Shown: positions 18,224 through 29,068, counted from the first letter of the stretch. The stretch: DNA of 38,303 nucleotides from Sphingobacteriaceae bacterium (GCA_031382725.1 JANMZB010000061.1:1-38303); one strand, 5' to 3'. The notes: generated by a model from the sequence alone, not told the origin. Made by a program: numbers and translations.

Positions 18224-19503
18224 TATTTATTAGTAGTAAGCCCAACTTTATGTCCGGATATCGAATAATAAAGTATGTATAAATAACATGGCGCCATCAC
18301 TGCAAAGAAAACCCATTGAAAATCAAACGTTTCTTTGAAATGTCCAAATATAAGAGGGAGTATCGCGCCACCTGCAATACCCATAATTAAAAATGCCGAA
18401 CCCGTTTCTGTAAATTTCCCCAAGCCGCGGATGGCCATTGGAAAGATAGCCGGCCACATTAACGCGTTGGCCAAACCAAGTGCTGCAACAAAGGCTACGG
18501 AAACATAGCCGGTTGTAACTAAAGCACCAAGAGTGAACAATATTCCGAGTATTGAAGAGATCTTTAAACTATTTTCCTGGCTAATATATTTCGGGATTGC
18601 AATGATACCTGCTACATAGCCCACCAACATTGCACCTAATGTAAAGGATGTAAAGTATTTAGTCTCGTCTAATGGCAGTCCAAAGCTTTTTCCATAAATG
18701 CCAATGGCATCTCCTGCCATTACCTCAACTCCAACATATAAAAACAAGCACAATACTCCTAAAAGTAAATGGGGGAATTGTAACGCGCTAGTCTTTCCCG
18801 ATTGTAGTGAATTTGATTCTGGCTGTGCATTCGCTTTTGATGCATCAATATCCGGTAAGCCGGATTTACGGATCCAAATTGCCAATAATACTAAAGAAAC
18901 AGCGATGATAATATAAGGAGTAATGACGCGTCCGGCCAATTCATCAAGCAAAGCATTTTTACTCACTAAATCAGTGGTCGCGGTAATTTCAGTTTCCAGC
19001 GAAGTAGCATCTTTCAATACGATTGCACCCAATATTAATGGACTTAATATACCTGCTATCTTATTGCAAATTCCCATTATACTTATCCGCTTTGCTGCAC
19101 TTTCTATGGGACCAACAATGCTGATATATGGATTTGAAGCTGTTTGTAGAATGGATAATCCGGCACCCTGAATAAATAATCCCGTTAGGAACAAGGGGAA
19201 GCTTCTTAAATTTGCGGCAGGAACGAATATAATTGCACCTATTGCCATCACCATTAAACCAAGCGACATACCGTTCTTCATACCGGTTTTTTGTAATATC
19301 CAGGATGATGGAAGTGCCAGGAAAAAATAAGCCATATAAAAAGCAAAGGTCACAAAAAATGCCTGTGCGTCAGTTTCCAGATTACAGGCCAGCTTTAGAA
19401 AAGGAATAAGAGTTCCGTTTAGCCAGGTTACGAAACCGAATATAAAAAACAGTGCCCCGATAATTAAAATCGGCTTAGAAGAGTTTTGCGGTTCTGTATC
19501 CAT
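18223..19503 (-). CDS. FucP/GluP-type (FHS) sugar MFS transporter
   Basis: FFIFGFVTWLN, LQTASNPY, YVGVEV, NALMWPAIF, MGIAGGA. Confidence 0.9.
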   Translation of the reverse strand: MDTEPQNSSKPILIIGALFFIFGFVTWLNGTLIPFLKLACNLETDAQAFFVTFAFYMAYFFLALPSSWILQKTGMKNGMSLGLMVMAIGAIIFVPAANLRSFPLFLTGLFIQGAGLSILQTASNPYISIVGPIESAAKRISIMGICNKIAGILSPLILGAIVLKDATSLETEITATTDLVSKNALLDELAGRVITPYIIIAVSLVLLAIWIRKSGLPDIDASKANAQPESNSLQSGKTSALQFPHLLLGVLCLFLYVGVEVMAGDAIGIYGKSFGLPLDETKYFTSFTLGAMLVGYVAGIIAIPKYISQENSLKISSILGILFTLGALVTTGYVSVAFVAALGLANALMWPAIFPMAIRGLGKFTETGSAFLIMGIAGGAILPLIFGHFKETFDFQWVFFAVMAPCYLYILYYSISGHKVGLTTNK

Positions 19504-19702
19504 GATATGGTTGTTAATTAGCTAAGAAAGTTTCCAATATAAAATAAAGCCATTACAAAGCAAAGCTAATATGATGAACTTTTTTACCTGATTATACTTA
19601 TACTATAAAATGGGTGTTTTTATAATACTGCTATTAACTCTTTTATGACCCGAAATTTTGCTTTTAATTTGCATATTCGCACAGTTCTGAAAAGAATAAT
19701 TC

Positions 19703-20332
19703 ATGCTTGAACTAATTATATCGGGTATAGGTTTAGGAATAGTCCTTTCTTTCGTAACCGGGCCTGTCTTTTTTGCACTCATAAAAACCAGCATTGAAAA
19801 AGGCTTTCATGCGGGTATGTGGCTTGCGGCCGGAGTGGTTTTAAGCGACATTATTTATATCTTTCTTACCATTTATGGTTCATCGTTTATTCAGGTAGAT
19901 AACAGTTACAAGGTGCCTATCGGGATAACCGGCAGCGTTATTTTACTTGGGATAGGGCTTTATTATTTTTTCAAAAAGGTAAAGCTGAACCTCGAAAATA
20001 TTAATTGCCCTAAAAGAAATACGGGTTATTTTTTTAAAGGATTTTTGATGTGCATTTTCAATCCATCAATGTTTTTGTATTGGGTAAGTGTAACCAGTGG
20101 TTTTATATCCTTGCACGGCGAACTTAATACAAGGGAAATATTGCCGTTTTTTGGTTCGATACTAGTTACCCAATTTAGTATGGATATTTTGAAAGCCTAT
20201 TATTCTAATAAACTGAGATATCGTATTAAAGAAAAAACGATGGTATTGCTAAATCGTGTGGCTGGAGCGTTAATAATTATTTTTGCACTTAAGCTGATTT
20301 ACAACCTGGTGTTTACGAATTCGATTATGTAA
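19703..20332 (+). CDS. LysE family translocator
   Basis: GPVFF, GFHAG...SD, GFLMCIFNP; ~6 TM segments. Confidence 0.85.
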   Translation: MLELIISGIGLGIVLSFVTGPVFFALIKTSIEKGFHAGMWLAAGVVLSDIIYIFLTIYGSSFIQVDNSYKVPIGITGSVILLGIGLYYFFKKVKLNLENINCPKRNTGYFFKGFLMCIFNPSMFLYWVSVTSGFISLHGELNTREILPFFGSILVTQFSMDILKAYYSNKLRYRIKEKTMVLLNRVAGALIIIFALKLIYNLVFTNSIM

Positions 20333-20337
20333 GAGAC

Positions 20338-20418
20338 GAATGAGAGGATGATCGAATTAATGAATAACCACATATTCTACCATTCGTTTATTCTATCATT
20401 CATCTACTCAATCCTTCA
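20338..20418. repeat. Inverted arrays of degenerate 8-bp units
   Basis: GAATGAGA GGATGATC GAATTAAT GAATAA, then ATTCTACC ATTCGTTT ATTCTATC ATTCATCT ACTCAATC. Confidence 0.65.
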
Positions 20419-22323
20419 TCACACGTAGGCTCTTTGGTTCTTCCCTTCCACCCAATTCATATATGACCGGTTTACCACTTTATTTCCACCAGGTGTTGGA
20501 TAATTTCCGGAGAAATACCAATCGCCTAAATGGTTCGGGCAAGCTTTATGAAGATTTTCGAGAGTCTGATAAATGACTCGAACTTCCGCTTTTATATCCG
20601 GTGGAGAAATGATTTTAGCAATTCTTGCTGAGATTTCTTCGTCTGTGAAAGGTTCGTAAATGGCTTTCACATAATTTGGAACTTGCTCTTTATCCAGTGA
20701 CACAGATGCTTTACATTTCTCGTAAGTTTCCCAAATCAAGCCTTCACGATCTGATTCTTTCAATAAAGATATTGCCGCTTCAAAAGCAACAAATTCGCCC
20801 ATTCGCGACATATCAATACCATAACAATCCGGGTAACGGATTTGAGGCGCAGACGATACGACCACAATTTTCACCGGACCAAGCCGGTCTAGGATTCTAA
20901 GTATACTTTGCTTTAAAGTAGTTCCGCGAACAATAGAATCGTCAATTACAACTAAAGAATCTTTTCCTCTATTGATTAATCCGTAGGTTGTATCATAGAT
21001 ATGAGAAACCATATCCTGTCTGTCAGCATCCTGGGTAATGAAAGTTCGGAGTTTAGCGTCTTTAATAGCGATCTTTTCAACTCTTGGGGCCATGTTCAGC
21101 ATGTCCTCAAGTTCCTCATCAGAGATTTTGTCGCTACGATTTAATAACGTTTCTTTTTGAAACTTATTAACGTATTTATACAGTCCGTCGACCATTCCAT
21201 AGAATGCAACTTCGGCAGTATTCGGAATAAAAGAAACGACAGTATTTTTTAGATCGTTATTAACGGCCTTTAAAATTTGCGGGCATAATAGCCGGCCCAA
21301 TTGCTTACGCTCACTGTAAATATCAGCATCGCTGCCGCGGGAAAAGTAGATCCGTTCAAAGGAACACGACTTTTGTTCTTCAGGTTCGCGAAATTGTTCT
21401 TCAGAAATATCGCCGTTCTTTTTAACAATTAATGCATGTCCAGGCTTAATTTCCTTGATTGAAGTTATGGGTACGTTAAAAGCGGTTTGTATCGCAGGGC
21501 GTTCTGAAGTAACTACTACAACCTCATCATCAATATAATAATATGCCGGGCGGATTCCGGATGGATCGCGCATGACAAAAGCATCACCATGACCAAAAAT
21601 CCCTTCGATAGTATAACCACCATCCCATGTTTTAGCAGACCGGCGCAGAATTTTCGCAACATCAATATTATCTGCGATAAGCTGACTGATCTCTGCATTA
21701 CTGCGGCCTTCTTGTTTGTAAGAATCAAACAATTCCTGATTTTCGGCATCTAAAAAGTGTCCGATTTTTTCTAAAACTGTTACTGTATCAGCTCTTTCTT
21801 TCGGATGTTGGCCAAGTTCATATAACTGTTCTAGTAACTCGTCAACATTCGTCATGTTAAAATTACCGGCAATTACAAGATTTCGGCTCATCCAGTTATT
21901 CTGACGAAGAAAAGGATGGCAATTTTCTATACTGTTTTTGCCATGGGTACCATATCTCAAATGGCCCATTAACACTTCACCGGTAAAACTGATATTTTCC
22001 TTCAGCCACTCCGCATTTTGAAATAACTCAGGAGAAGTACTTTGAACATCAGCAAACTTCTTTTGAACGTATTCAAAAACCTCCGAAACAGCACTCGAAC
22101 CCATTGCCCTGTAACGGCTAATGTAGCGGTTACCCGGATTGACATTTAATTTTATGGTGGCGATACCGGCGCCATCTTGTCCCCGGTTATGCTGCTTTTC
22201 CATTAACAGATAAAGCTTATTAAGGCCATACAAAGATGTGCCATACTTTTCCTGATAATAAGAGAGGGGTTTTAGAAGACGGATAAGTGCTATGCCGCAC
22301 TCATGTTTTATGGATTCACTCAT
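20419..22323 (-). CDS. purF: Amidophosphoribosyltransferase
   Basis: Propeptide + ECG Ntn nucleophile, QHNRGQDGAG, GHLRYGT, VIDDSIVRGTT PRPP motif. Confidence 0.95.
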   Translation of the reverse strand: MSESIKHECGIALIRLLKPLSYYQEKYGTSLYGLNKLYLLMEKQHNRGQDGAGIATIKLNVNPGNRYISRYRAMGSSAVSEVFEYVQKKFADVQSTSPELFQNAEWLKENISFTGEVLMGHLRYGTHGKNSIENCHPFLRQNNWMSRNLVIAGNFNMTNVDELLEQLYELGQHPKERADTVTVLEKIGHFLDAENQELFDSYKQEGRSNAEISQLIADNIDVAKILRRSAKTWDGGYTIEGIFGHGDAFVMRDPSGIRPAYYYIDDEVVVVTSERPAIQTAFNVPITSIKEIKPGHALIVKKNGDISEEQFREPEEQKSCSFERIYFSRGSDADIYSERKQLGRLLCPQILKAVNNDLKNTVVSFIPNTAEVAFYGMVDGLYKYVNKFQKETLLNRSDKISDEELEDMLNMAPRVEKIAIKDAKLRTFITQDADRQDMVSHIYDTTYGLINRGKDSLVVIDDSIVRGTTLKQSILRILDRLGPVKIVVVSSAPQIRYPDCYGIDMSRMGEFVAFEAAISLLKESDREGLIWETYEKCKASVSLDKEQVPNYVKAIYEPFTDEEISARIAKIISPPDIKAEVRVIYQTLENLHKACPNHLGDWYFSGNYPTPGGNKVVNRSYMNWVEGKNQRAYV

Positions 22324-22339
22324 AATGCTAACGAGTATG

Positions 22340-22347
22340 CAAAAGTA
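22340..22347 (-). promoter_or_regulatory. -7 promoter element of purF
   Basis: TACTTTTG on the minus strand 16 bp upstream of the start. Confidence 0.6.
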
Positions 22348-22438
22348 GAGTATTTAAATCAGAAAGCTTTAAATGAGTAACGGAAATTTTCCACAATGCT
22401 TGCTTAAGGATGCGATATTTGCTTTAAAGATGATATGC

Positions 22439-22480
22439 CGCAAAGGCTCGGAGGCATGAAGAAGGCTTATAGCCTTTGCG
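22439..22480. repeat. Inverted repeat just downstream of nuoN
   Basis: CGCAAAGGCT (22439-22448) / AGCCTTTGCG (22471-22480); alternative inner hairpin AAGGCT-TAT-AGCCTT. Confidence 0.5.
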
Positions 22481-22489
22481 TCTTAGTGG

Positions 22490-23983
22490 CTAAATTATAT
22501 CCGGAAAAACGCCCAACAAAATCAATGCACAAGTAAGAAACAAAATAATATAAGTAAGGAAATTGGTCTTTGAAGTAATACTTAGATTTTCTTGAGAATC
22601 TTTGAGGTAAGCATATAAAGGCACCTTTAAATAATAAAAAAGTGAAATCAAAGTGCTAATTGCTCCGGCTATCAATAAACCTAACGTTAGTATTGACCCT
22701 GATCTGGAATAATACTCAAATGCTGAAGAAAACACAAACAGCTTCGCAACGAAACCTGCCGTTGGAGGCAATCCCGTCAAGGCTACCAAAACAATTACAA
22801 AACATACAAAATCCAGCTTCAGGACTTTACCCAACCCTTTATAATCTCTGATATCTGTTTTTCCGGATTGTGCTTCTATTCGATCGGCAAGCATAAAAGC
22901 CGCCATATTCATTACCGCGTAAACAGTAAAATAAAAAACCAGACTTCTAAAACCGCTTCCCTCAAAAGCAACCACCGCCATTAAAGCGAAACCGGTATGA
23001 CCAATAGAAGAATACGCCAGCATCCGTTTGATATTATTTTGCCAGATCGCACTGAAATTTCCAACGATCATGGTTGCAATCGCGGCCACAGAAAGCAGGG
23101 TTCTGAAATCAAATATTAAGTTATTGCTAGACTGAGAATATAAATCGAAGGGCTCGATGAAACGAATAAGCAAGGCAAAACCGGCAATTTTTGGTGCTGT
23201 TGATAAAAAGGCAGTCACAGGTGTGGGCGCACCTTCATAAACATCCGGACTCCAGAAGTGCAGCGGAACAAAAGACAACTTAAAGCCGATTCCAACCAGA
23301 ACCATTACGATCGCAAGGGTAACTCCCGGCGATGAAATTAAGCTTAGATTTTGCATGAAGGATGGATCACTAATATTGATGCCTCCTGTAAAGGCATACA
23401 AAAGCGACATTCCATAAAGCATAACCGCCGAACAGATGGAACCAAACAAAGCATATTTCATCGCCGCCTCTGTCTGCTTACTATCCGCGGAAGCGTAGCC
23501 AACCATTAAATAAGATGCGATGGAAACCATTTCGACAGAAAGGTAAATCATCAATAAACTGGTTGACATGCTCATCAGGTTTAACCCAATAAGAACGGCA
23601 GGCAAGAGCATGTACAAATCTCCAACTCCTTTTTTATGATCCTCAAGCGATTGATTATACCGGATGAACAATGCAAAAAGAATGGTGACCGCACTGAATA
23701 TCGATTTGAAAGAAATACTCAGATCATCTAAAATGATAGTATTACTAAAAAGCGCGATGCGGGCGATATCGAGATTTTTAACAAATCCAACAAAGATAGA
23801 AATCAAAACCCCGGCAACACATACCCAAAAAGCAGCTGAAGATCGTTTGTCCGGAAAAAACAGATCAGCCAGGATTACCAGAATAAACGTAACTACTAAA
23901 ACCAGTTCGGGCAAAAGGTAATCGAAATCCGAGATAGCTGAGTTTAGCAATTGGGAAATAATCGGTAGAAACTCGTTCATCAC
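22490..23983 (-). CDS. nuoN: NADH-quinone oxidoreductase subunit N
   Basis: EAAMKY, FKLSFVPLHFWSPDVYEGAP, KRMLAYSSIGH. Confidence 0.95.
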   Translation of the reverse strand: MMNEFLPIISQLLNSAISDFDYLLPELVLVVTFILVILADLFFPDKRSSAAFWVCVAGVLISIFVGFVKNLDIARIALFSNTIILDDLSISFKSIFSAVTILFALFIRYNQSLEDHKKGVGDLYMLLPAVLIGLNLMSMSTSLLMIYLSVEMVSIASYLMVGYASADSKQTEAAMKYALFGSICSAVMLYGMSLLYAFTGGINISDPSFMQNLSLISSPGVTLAIVMVLVGIGFKLSFVPLHFWSPDVYEGAPTPVTAFLSTAPKIAGFALLIRFIEPFDLYSQSSNNLIFDFRTLLSVAAIATMIVGNFSAIWQNNIKRMLAYSSIGHTGFALMAVVAFEGSGFRSLVFYFTVYAVMNMAAFMLADRIEAQSGKTDIRDYKGLGKVLKLDFVCFVIVLVALTGLPPTAGFVAKLFVFSSAFEYYSRSGSILTLGLLIAGAISTLISLFYYLKVPLYAYLKDSQENLSITSKTNFLTYIILFLTCALILLGVFPDII

Positions 23984-25581
23984 TTCAGATTAACCAAACG
24001 AATTAGTTCCAATACCGAAGCATTCATTTTACCAAATGCCAATGACGGGAAAATACCGAGAAGCAAGGCAAAAACAGTGAGCGATGCCAGGGCAAATGCC
24101 TCCCTCCCATTTATATCAGTCAGTTTTAATCTCCAGTCTTCGCCACCCATTAACCGTGTTTCGCCAAAAAACATTCGCTGTAAGGTCCATAATAAATAAG
24201 CTGCTCCCAGTAATATCCCTACAGAGCCTGCTATGGCCATCCATCTTGGTAGCAAACCATTTACCGATTCGGAAGTAAATGCGCCAATCAGGCTAAATGC
24301 TTCTGCAATAAACGCTGAAAATCCGGGAAGACCCAAAGAAGCAAAAAAAGCGATCATCACAAATGCGGTATATTTTGGCATCAGTAAAGCTAGTCCCCTA
24401 AAATCGTGAATCTCACGGCTATGAACCCGGTTATAAATCACTCCAACAAGAAAAAACAACATGGTAGATAAAAACCCATGGCTAATCATTTGCAGCATGG
24501 CGCCACTTATCCCCTCGGCGGTTACAGATGCGATACCCAAAAGCACAAAACCCATGTGCGAAACTGAAGAATATGCGATGAGGCGTTTTAAATCTTTCTG
24601 TGCCAAAGCATTGAGGGCTCCGTAAATAATTGACACAACGCCTATCAATCCTAACCACCATGCCGATTGTACGGCGGCATCCGGAAAGATGCTGACACAG
24701 ATTCTTAAAGTACCATACCCCCCAATTTTAAGAAGTATTCCTGCAAGAATAATTGAAACGGGAGTTGGTGCCTCTACGTGCGCATCGGGAAGCCATGTAT
24801 GCAATGGAATGATTGGCACTTTAATCGCGAAAGCGATGAATAATACAATAAAACCTACTAATCTGGCTGACATTCCGAAAAGCTGCTGATTTGCGATTGT
24901 CGAAAAAAGAGAGCCTTGCACATAATTTGCCGGATTCATCATGTACAGCATATTGAAGGTATGATTTCCGGTAACCGGATCGGTTACTGAAAAATACAAG
25001 CCAATAATAACCAGCAGCATGAAAACAGAACCAAACAAGGTGTAAAGGAAAAATTTGATGGCTGCATATTCTCGTCGCACGCCGCCCCACATCCCGATAA
25101 GGAAATACAATGGCAGCAACATCAGTTCATAAAAAATGTAGAAGAGGAAGAAATCTAACGCACAAAATACTCCCAAAACAGCGGTATTTAAAAGCATCAG
25201 TAAGGCGAAGTAACCTTTTAAATTCGTTTTTATTTCCCAGGATGAAATAACGGCAATCAACATCACGATCGACGTTAAAACCAGAAATGGCATTGAAAGT
25301 CCATCGATTCCAAGGAAGTAATCTATCTGTAAATAACCTAAGCGGCCAAGATTAAGATTTATCCAGGGAACGCGTTCAACTAACTGATATTTAGCTTGCA
25401 CATCAATCCCTGAAAAGGTATTTCCGTCGAAGTTGAGGTAGATAAATGCAGCAATAATTATTTGAATACCAACTGCGGCCAGACTAATATATTTATAACG
25501 CTGTTGCCAGGCAGAAGGGAGAATAAGGATAAGCAAGCCCGCTACAAGTGGTAAAAATATCAAGAGAGAAAGCAAGCTCAT
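23980..25581 (-). CDS. nuoM: NADH-quinone oxidoreductase subunit M
   Basis: AIKVPIIPLHTWLPDAHVEAP, KRLIAYSSVSHMG. Confidence 0.95.
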   Translation of the reverse strand: MSLLSLLIFLPLVAGLLILILPSAWQQRYKYISLAAVGIQIIIAAFIYLNFDGNTFSGIDVQAKYQLVERVPWINLNLGRLGYLQIDYFLGIDGLSMPFLVLTSIVMLIAVISSWEIKTNLKGYFALLMLLNTAVLGVFCALDFFLFYIFYELMLLPLYFLIGMWGGVRREYAAIKFFLYTLFGSVFMLLVIIGLYFSVTDPVTGNHTFNMLYMMNPANYVQGSLFSTIANQQLFGMSARLVGFIVLFIAFAIKVPIIPLHTWLPDAHVEAPTPVSIILAGILLKIGGYGTLRICVSIFPDAAVQSAWWLGLIGVVSIIYGALNALAQKDLKRLIAYSSVSHMGFVLLGIASVTAEGISGAMLQMISHGFLSTMLFFLVGVIYNRVHSREIHDFRGLALLMPKYTAFVMIAFFASLGLPGFSAFIAEAFSLIGAFTSESVNGLLPRWMAIAGSVGILLGAAYLLWTLQRMFFGETRLMGGEDWRLKLTDINGREAFALASLTVFALLLGIFPSLAFGKMNASVLELIRLVNLK

Positions 25582-27632
25582 ATTCCCGGAAAAAATAATT
25601 TAATTACAAAAAAAGTGAGTACAACCAATACCATGGTTAATAAATAATGCTGTAGCCTGCCCGTTTGAAGATGGCGTGCGAAGTTACCAATAGTTTTAGC
25701 GAAAGATGCAATGCCGTTTACCAGGCCATCTATAACATAGCTATCGAACCAACCCGAAGTTGCCGCGAAAAGCACACCTATTTTGCCTAGCAGGTTTACC
25801 AATCCATCAACCACCAGCCGGTCGAATTTAAAACTGATTGCAGAGAGACCTGTAGTTCCGTTGACAAAAAGGCGCGTGTATAGCTCATTAAAATACCACT
25901 GCTTCTGCGCAAAACGAAATAGCGGATTTTTTGAAAAATCTGGCCCTGCTAAACGCTTTCCGTACCAGGTATAAGCCAGGTAGATGAGCACGAATGTTAG
26001 TATGCTTACCGTTACCGGGATAAACAGGTGGTAATTACTTTGAACTTCATGAGCTGGCTCCAGGCCTGTAATTTCCTTGAAAATCCAGGCGCTGTTGTAG
26101 TCAAATGGATTTTGGGAGAATGGAATAAAAAGGCAAAATACTGCAAGCACCATCAAAACATATTTCATTGCATTGGGGGCTTCGTGCAACTGAATGTTTT
26201 TGCTAAGATTCTGCAATCGAAAACTTCCAAAGAACACCTTGAACAGTAAACGGGCTATATAAAACGAGGTTAAACCGGATGTTAAAAAAGCAGCATACGG
26301 AATTAGTTTGGCCCAAATACTTTGCCCATCTGACCATTCGAAAGCTTGAATTAAAATCGCGTCTTTCGACAGAAAGCCGGACGTAAATGGAATTCCTGAT
26401 AAGGCCAGTGAAGCTAAGGCCATGGTGATGAACGTAACCGGCATGATCTTTCTCAGTCCGCCCATATTTTGAATATCCTGATGATCGAAATCTAAACCAC
26501 TCTTTGCTTTGACATGGGCCATTTCATGTATCACCGAACCCGCTGCTAAGAACAATAAGCACTTGAAAAAGGCATGTGTAGCTAAATGGAATATGGAGGC
26601 TGAATATGCACCAACACCCATGGCAATCATCATAAATCCCAACTGGGAAATGGTGGAAAAAGCAAGTATTCGTTTAATATCGTTTTGTGTGAGCGCAATT
26701 GTTGCAGCCATCAAGGCGGTAAAAGCACCGATACTTGCAATAACCATTAATACCGTAGCATCAAAAAGAGGATAGATTCTGCCCAGAAGAAAGACTCCGG
26801 CAGCTACCATGGTTGCGGCATGAATTAGGGAAGAAACAGAGGTTGGACCTTCCATTGCATCAGGCAGCCAGGTGTGCAATGGAAATTGAGCCGATTTGGC
26901 AATTGCTCCAAAAAAGAAGGCAAGGCCGGCAATGGTTAACCAAATGGAAGGCATCTGATTGGTTCCGTTTAGCCATAAACCATTTTGAATAACCGCACTT
27001 AAAACCAAACCGCCTTCGTTAAACAGCTCGCTAATGTTTAACGTTTTGAACTGAGTAAAGACGATCATTATCCCCGTAAGGAAACCTAAATCGCCTAAAC
27101 GGTTCATAATAAAAGCCTTTTTCGCTGCCAGGGCAGCTGATTCTTTTGTAAACCAAAACCCGATGAGCAGATAGGATGAAAAGCCCACAAGTTCCCAAAA
27201 CATGTATAACAGGAGAAGATTATCTGTTATCACGAGGCTAAGCATCGAAAAGCAGAACAAGCCCAGGTAAGCCCAGTAGCGATAGAGAAATGCATCGCCC
27301 TCCATATACTTAATGGAGTAAATGTGAACCAACAGTGCAATTGCAGAAACCAGCAACAGCATGAGTACAGACAGGTTATTTAGAAGGATTCCGGCCTTAA
27401 AGGTAGTCTGACCAATGGTAAACCAATTGATTTCATGCTGAATCGGCTCAGCGTTCCAGATCTTGAAAAACAAAATAGCCGAAATCAGGAAACTAACTGC
27501 AATATTGAAGATTGCCAATGAAGCTCCCCTACTTGATTTGCTGGGAATCAATATTCCCAGGAAGGTTAGGAGCGGCAACAAGGCTGCCACAACAGCTAAT
27601 AAACTTAAATTTCCCTGAATAAAAGTCTCCAA
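25578..27632 (-). CDS. nuoL: NADH-quinone oxidoreductase subunit L
   Basis: KSAQFPLHTWLPDAMEGPT, HAATMV, THAFFK, LQTG lateral-helix end. Confidence 0.95.
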   Translation of the reverse strand: METFIQGNLSLLAVVAALLPLLTFLGILIPSKSSRGASLAIFNIAVSFLISAILFFKIWNAEPIQHEINWFTIGQTTFKAGILLNNLSVLMLLLVSAIALLVHIYSIKYMEGDAFLYRYWAYLGLFCFSMLSLVITDNLLLLYMFWELVGFSSYLLIGFWFTKESAALAAKKAFIMNRLGDLGFLTGIMIVFTQFKTLNISELFNEGGLVLSAVIQNGLWLNGTNQMPSIWLTIAGLAFFFGAIAKSAQFPLHTWLPDAMEGPTSVSSLIHAATMVAAGVFLLGRIYPLFDATVLMVIASIGAFTALMAATIALTQNDIKRILAFSTISQLGFMMIAMGVGAYSASIFHLATHAFFKCLLFLAAGSVIHEMAHVKAKSGLDFDHQDIQNMGGLRKIMPVTFITMALASLALSGIPFTSGFLSKDAILIQAFEWSDGQSIWAKLIPYAAFLTSGLTSFYIARLLFKVFFGSFRLQNLSKNIQLHEAPNAMKYVLMVLAVFCLFIPFSQNPFDYNSAWIFKEITGLEPAHEVQSNYHLFIPVTVSILTFVLIYLAYTWYGKRLAGPDFSKNPLFRFAQKQWYFNELYTRLFVNGTTGLSAISFKFDRLVVDGLVNLLGKIGVLFAATSGWFDSYVIDGLVNGIASFAKTIGNFARHLQTGRLQHYLLTMVLVVLTFFVIKLFFPGI

Positions 27633-27633
27633 A

Positions 27634-27939
27634 TTAATCTCGTAATTGATCTATCCTGGTTGGATCAATGGTTCTATAATATTTATACACGTTTAAAATT
27701 ATCGCCAAGGCCACAGCAACTGCTGCGGCAGCTAGCACAATCGCAAACAAGGCGAACACTTGACCGCCTGATGCTAGTTTATCATGCTTACTAAATGCGA
27801 CAAAGTTCAAAATGGCGGCGTTTAACATAAATTCAATACCAATTAACATCATAATCGCATTCCGCTTTGCTAAAATCGCAAACAGTCCGATGCAGAACAA
27901 CGCAGCACTTACGAACATAAAATGCGATAATGGTATCAT
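27634..27939 (-). CDS. nuoK: NADH-quinone oxidoreductase subunit K
   Basis: 3 TM segments, IGIEFMLNA, GQVFALF; position in the operon. Confidence 0.92.
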   Translation of the reverse strand: MIPLSHFMFVSAALFCIGLFAILAKRNAIMMLIGIEFMLNAAILNFVAFSKHDKLASGGQVFALFAIVLAAAAVAVALAIILNVYKYYRTIDPTRIDQLRD

Positions 27940-28478
27940 ACGTCCCGCTCCTTTCTTGCTAAGTGTGCGGCCCCAATTAAGGCCATTAAAAGTAAAACGG
28001 AAACGACCTCGAAAGGAAGCAGGTAGCGTGTCATGATGTTGATCCCTAAATAATGAATGGTATTGTCGGTGGGCTTCAATGTGTTTTCCCCGGAAGTTTT
28101 AACCCATTCAAATTCTGCCGGGTTGAGTTGAGTAAATACAAAAATCAACAGTCCAAAGAAAAGAAGCGAAACCACCATTCCAGGCAAATAATGCACTAAT
28201 CCAATCTGGGGTTTCTTCTTATCAGGATTATTTAAAAGCTCTTTGTTTGATAACAGGAAAGCAAAAATCATCAAAACTAAAACACCGCCCACATAAATAA
28301 CCAGTTGGGTTATCGCAACGAAATCCGCCAGAGCAAAAACAAATAATCCGGCCATCGAAAATAGTGCTAAAAAGAAAAGAAAAACAGCCCGTACAAAGCT
28401 TTTGAGGCTTACAACCAATATTGCCGAAAGCAAAGTCATCGCACTTAAAAAGTAAAATATAATTTGCTCCACACTCAT
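27936..28478 (-). CDS. nuoJ: NADH-quinone oxidoreductase subunit J
   Basis: QLVIYVGGV, YLLPFEVVSVLLL. Confidence 0.92.
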   Translation of the reverse strand: MSVEQIIFYFLSAMTLLSAILVVSLKSFVRAVFLFFLALFSMAGLFVFALADFVAITQLVIYVGGVLVLMIFAFLLSNKELLNNPDKKKPQIGLVHYLPGMVVSLLFFGLLIFVFTQLNPAEFEWVKTSGENTLKPTDNTIHYLGINIMTRYLLPFEVVSVLLLMALIGAAHLARKERDV

Positions 28479-29068
28479 TCTGGTTTGTTTTGCGCGGCTT
28501 GTGCAGCCGCATCTTTTGCAGCCTGGCGCTCGGCAAGCTGTATTGCTAACTCATCTCTTTTCTTTTCGGCCTCCTGTGGCGACATATCAGAGAACTGATA
28601 AGTAAGATCTGAAATATGCGTTACAGTCCTGTCGTATTGATCAGTCATGATAATGCATTCTGTGGGACAAACCACCGTACAAAGTCCGCAGTAAAGGCAT
28701 TTCGCCATATCAATATCGAATTTGGCGGCATATAATCTTTTTGTTGTCCCGTCGGAAGTTTGTCCAATTGGGCCAGTTGCCTTTATACTTTCTATCTCAA
28801 TACAATCTACCGGACAAATCTTGGCGCATAAATCACATACGATGCAATCGTCAATCTCCACATCCAATTGATACCGCCCAACTTCCGGAACAGGCATTTT
28901 TTCATGTGGATATTGTACTGTTACGATACCATTTTGCTGCTCGAAATAATTATCGTCTTTAATATTAATAGACTTCCTTCTTTTATTTACCGCAAAGAAA
29001 TGCTTAATGGTTAGGGACATTCCCAGCCAGGTAGATTTTATTGCAGATATGGTCGTTTTAAGTATCAA
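28475..29068 (-). CDS. nuoI: NADH-quinone oxidoreductase subunit I (2x[4Fe-4S])
   Basis: TVQYP, CIVCDLCAKICP, CLYCGLCTVVCP. Start is probably the TTG at 29068 (uncertain). Confidence 0.9.
   Translation of the reverse strand: MILKTTISAIKSTWLGMSLTIKHFFAVNKRRKSINIKDDNYFEQQNGIVTVQYPHEKMPVPEVGRYQLDVEIDDCIVCDLCAKICPVDCIEIESIKATGPIGQTSDGTTKRLYAAKFDIDMAKCLYCGLCTVVCPTECIIMTDQYDRTVTHISDLTYQFSDMSPQEAEKKRDELAIQLAERQAAKDAAAQAAQNKPE

Noticed and set aside
20338-20418. CRISPR array or VNTR
   Set aside because: Units are 8 bp, degenerate and inverted; no 25-45 bp repeats with spacers and no cas genes.
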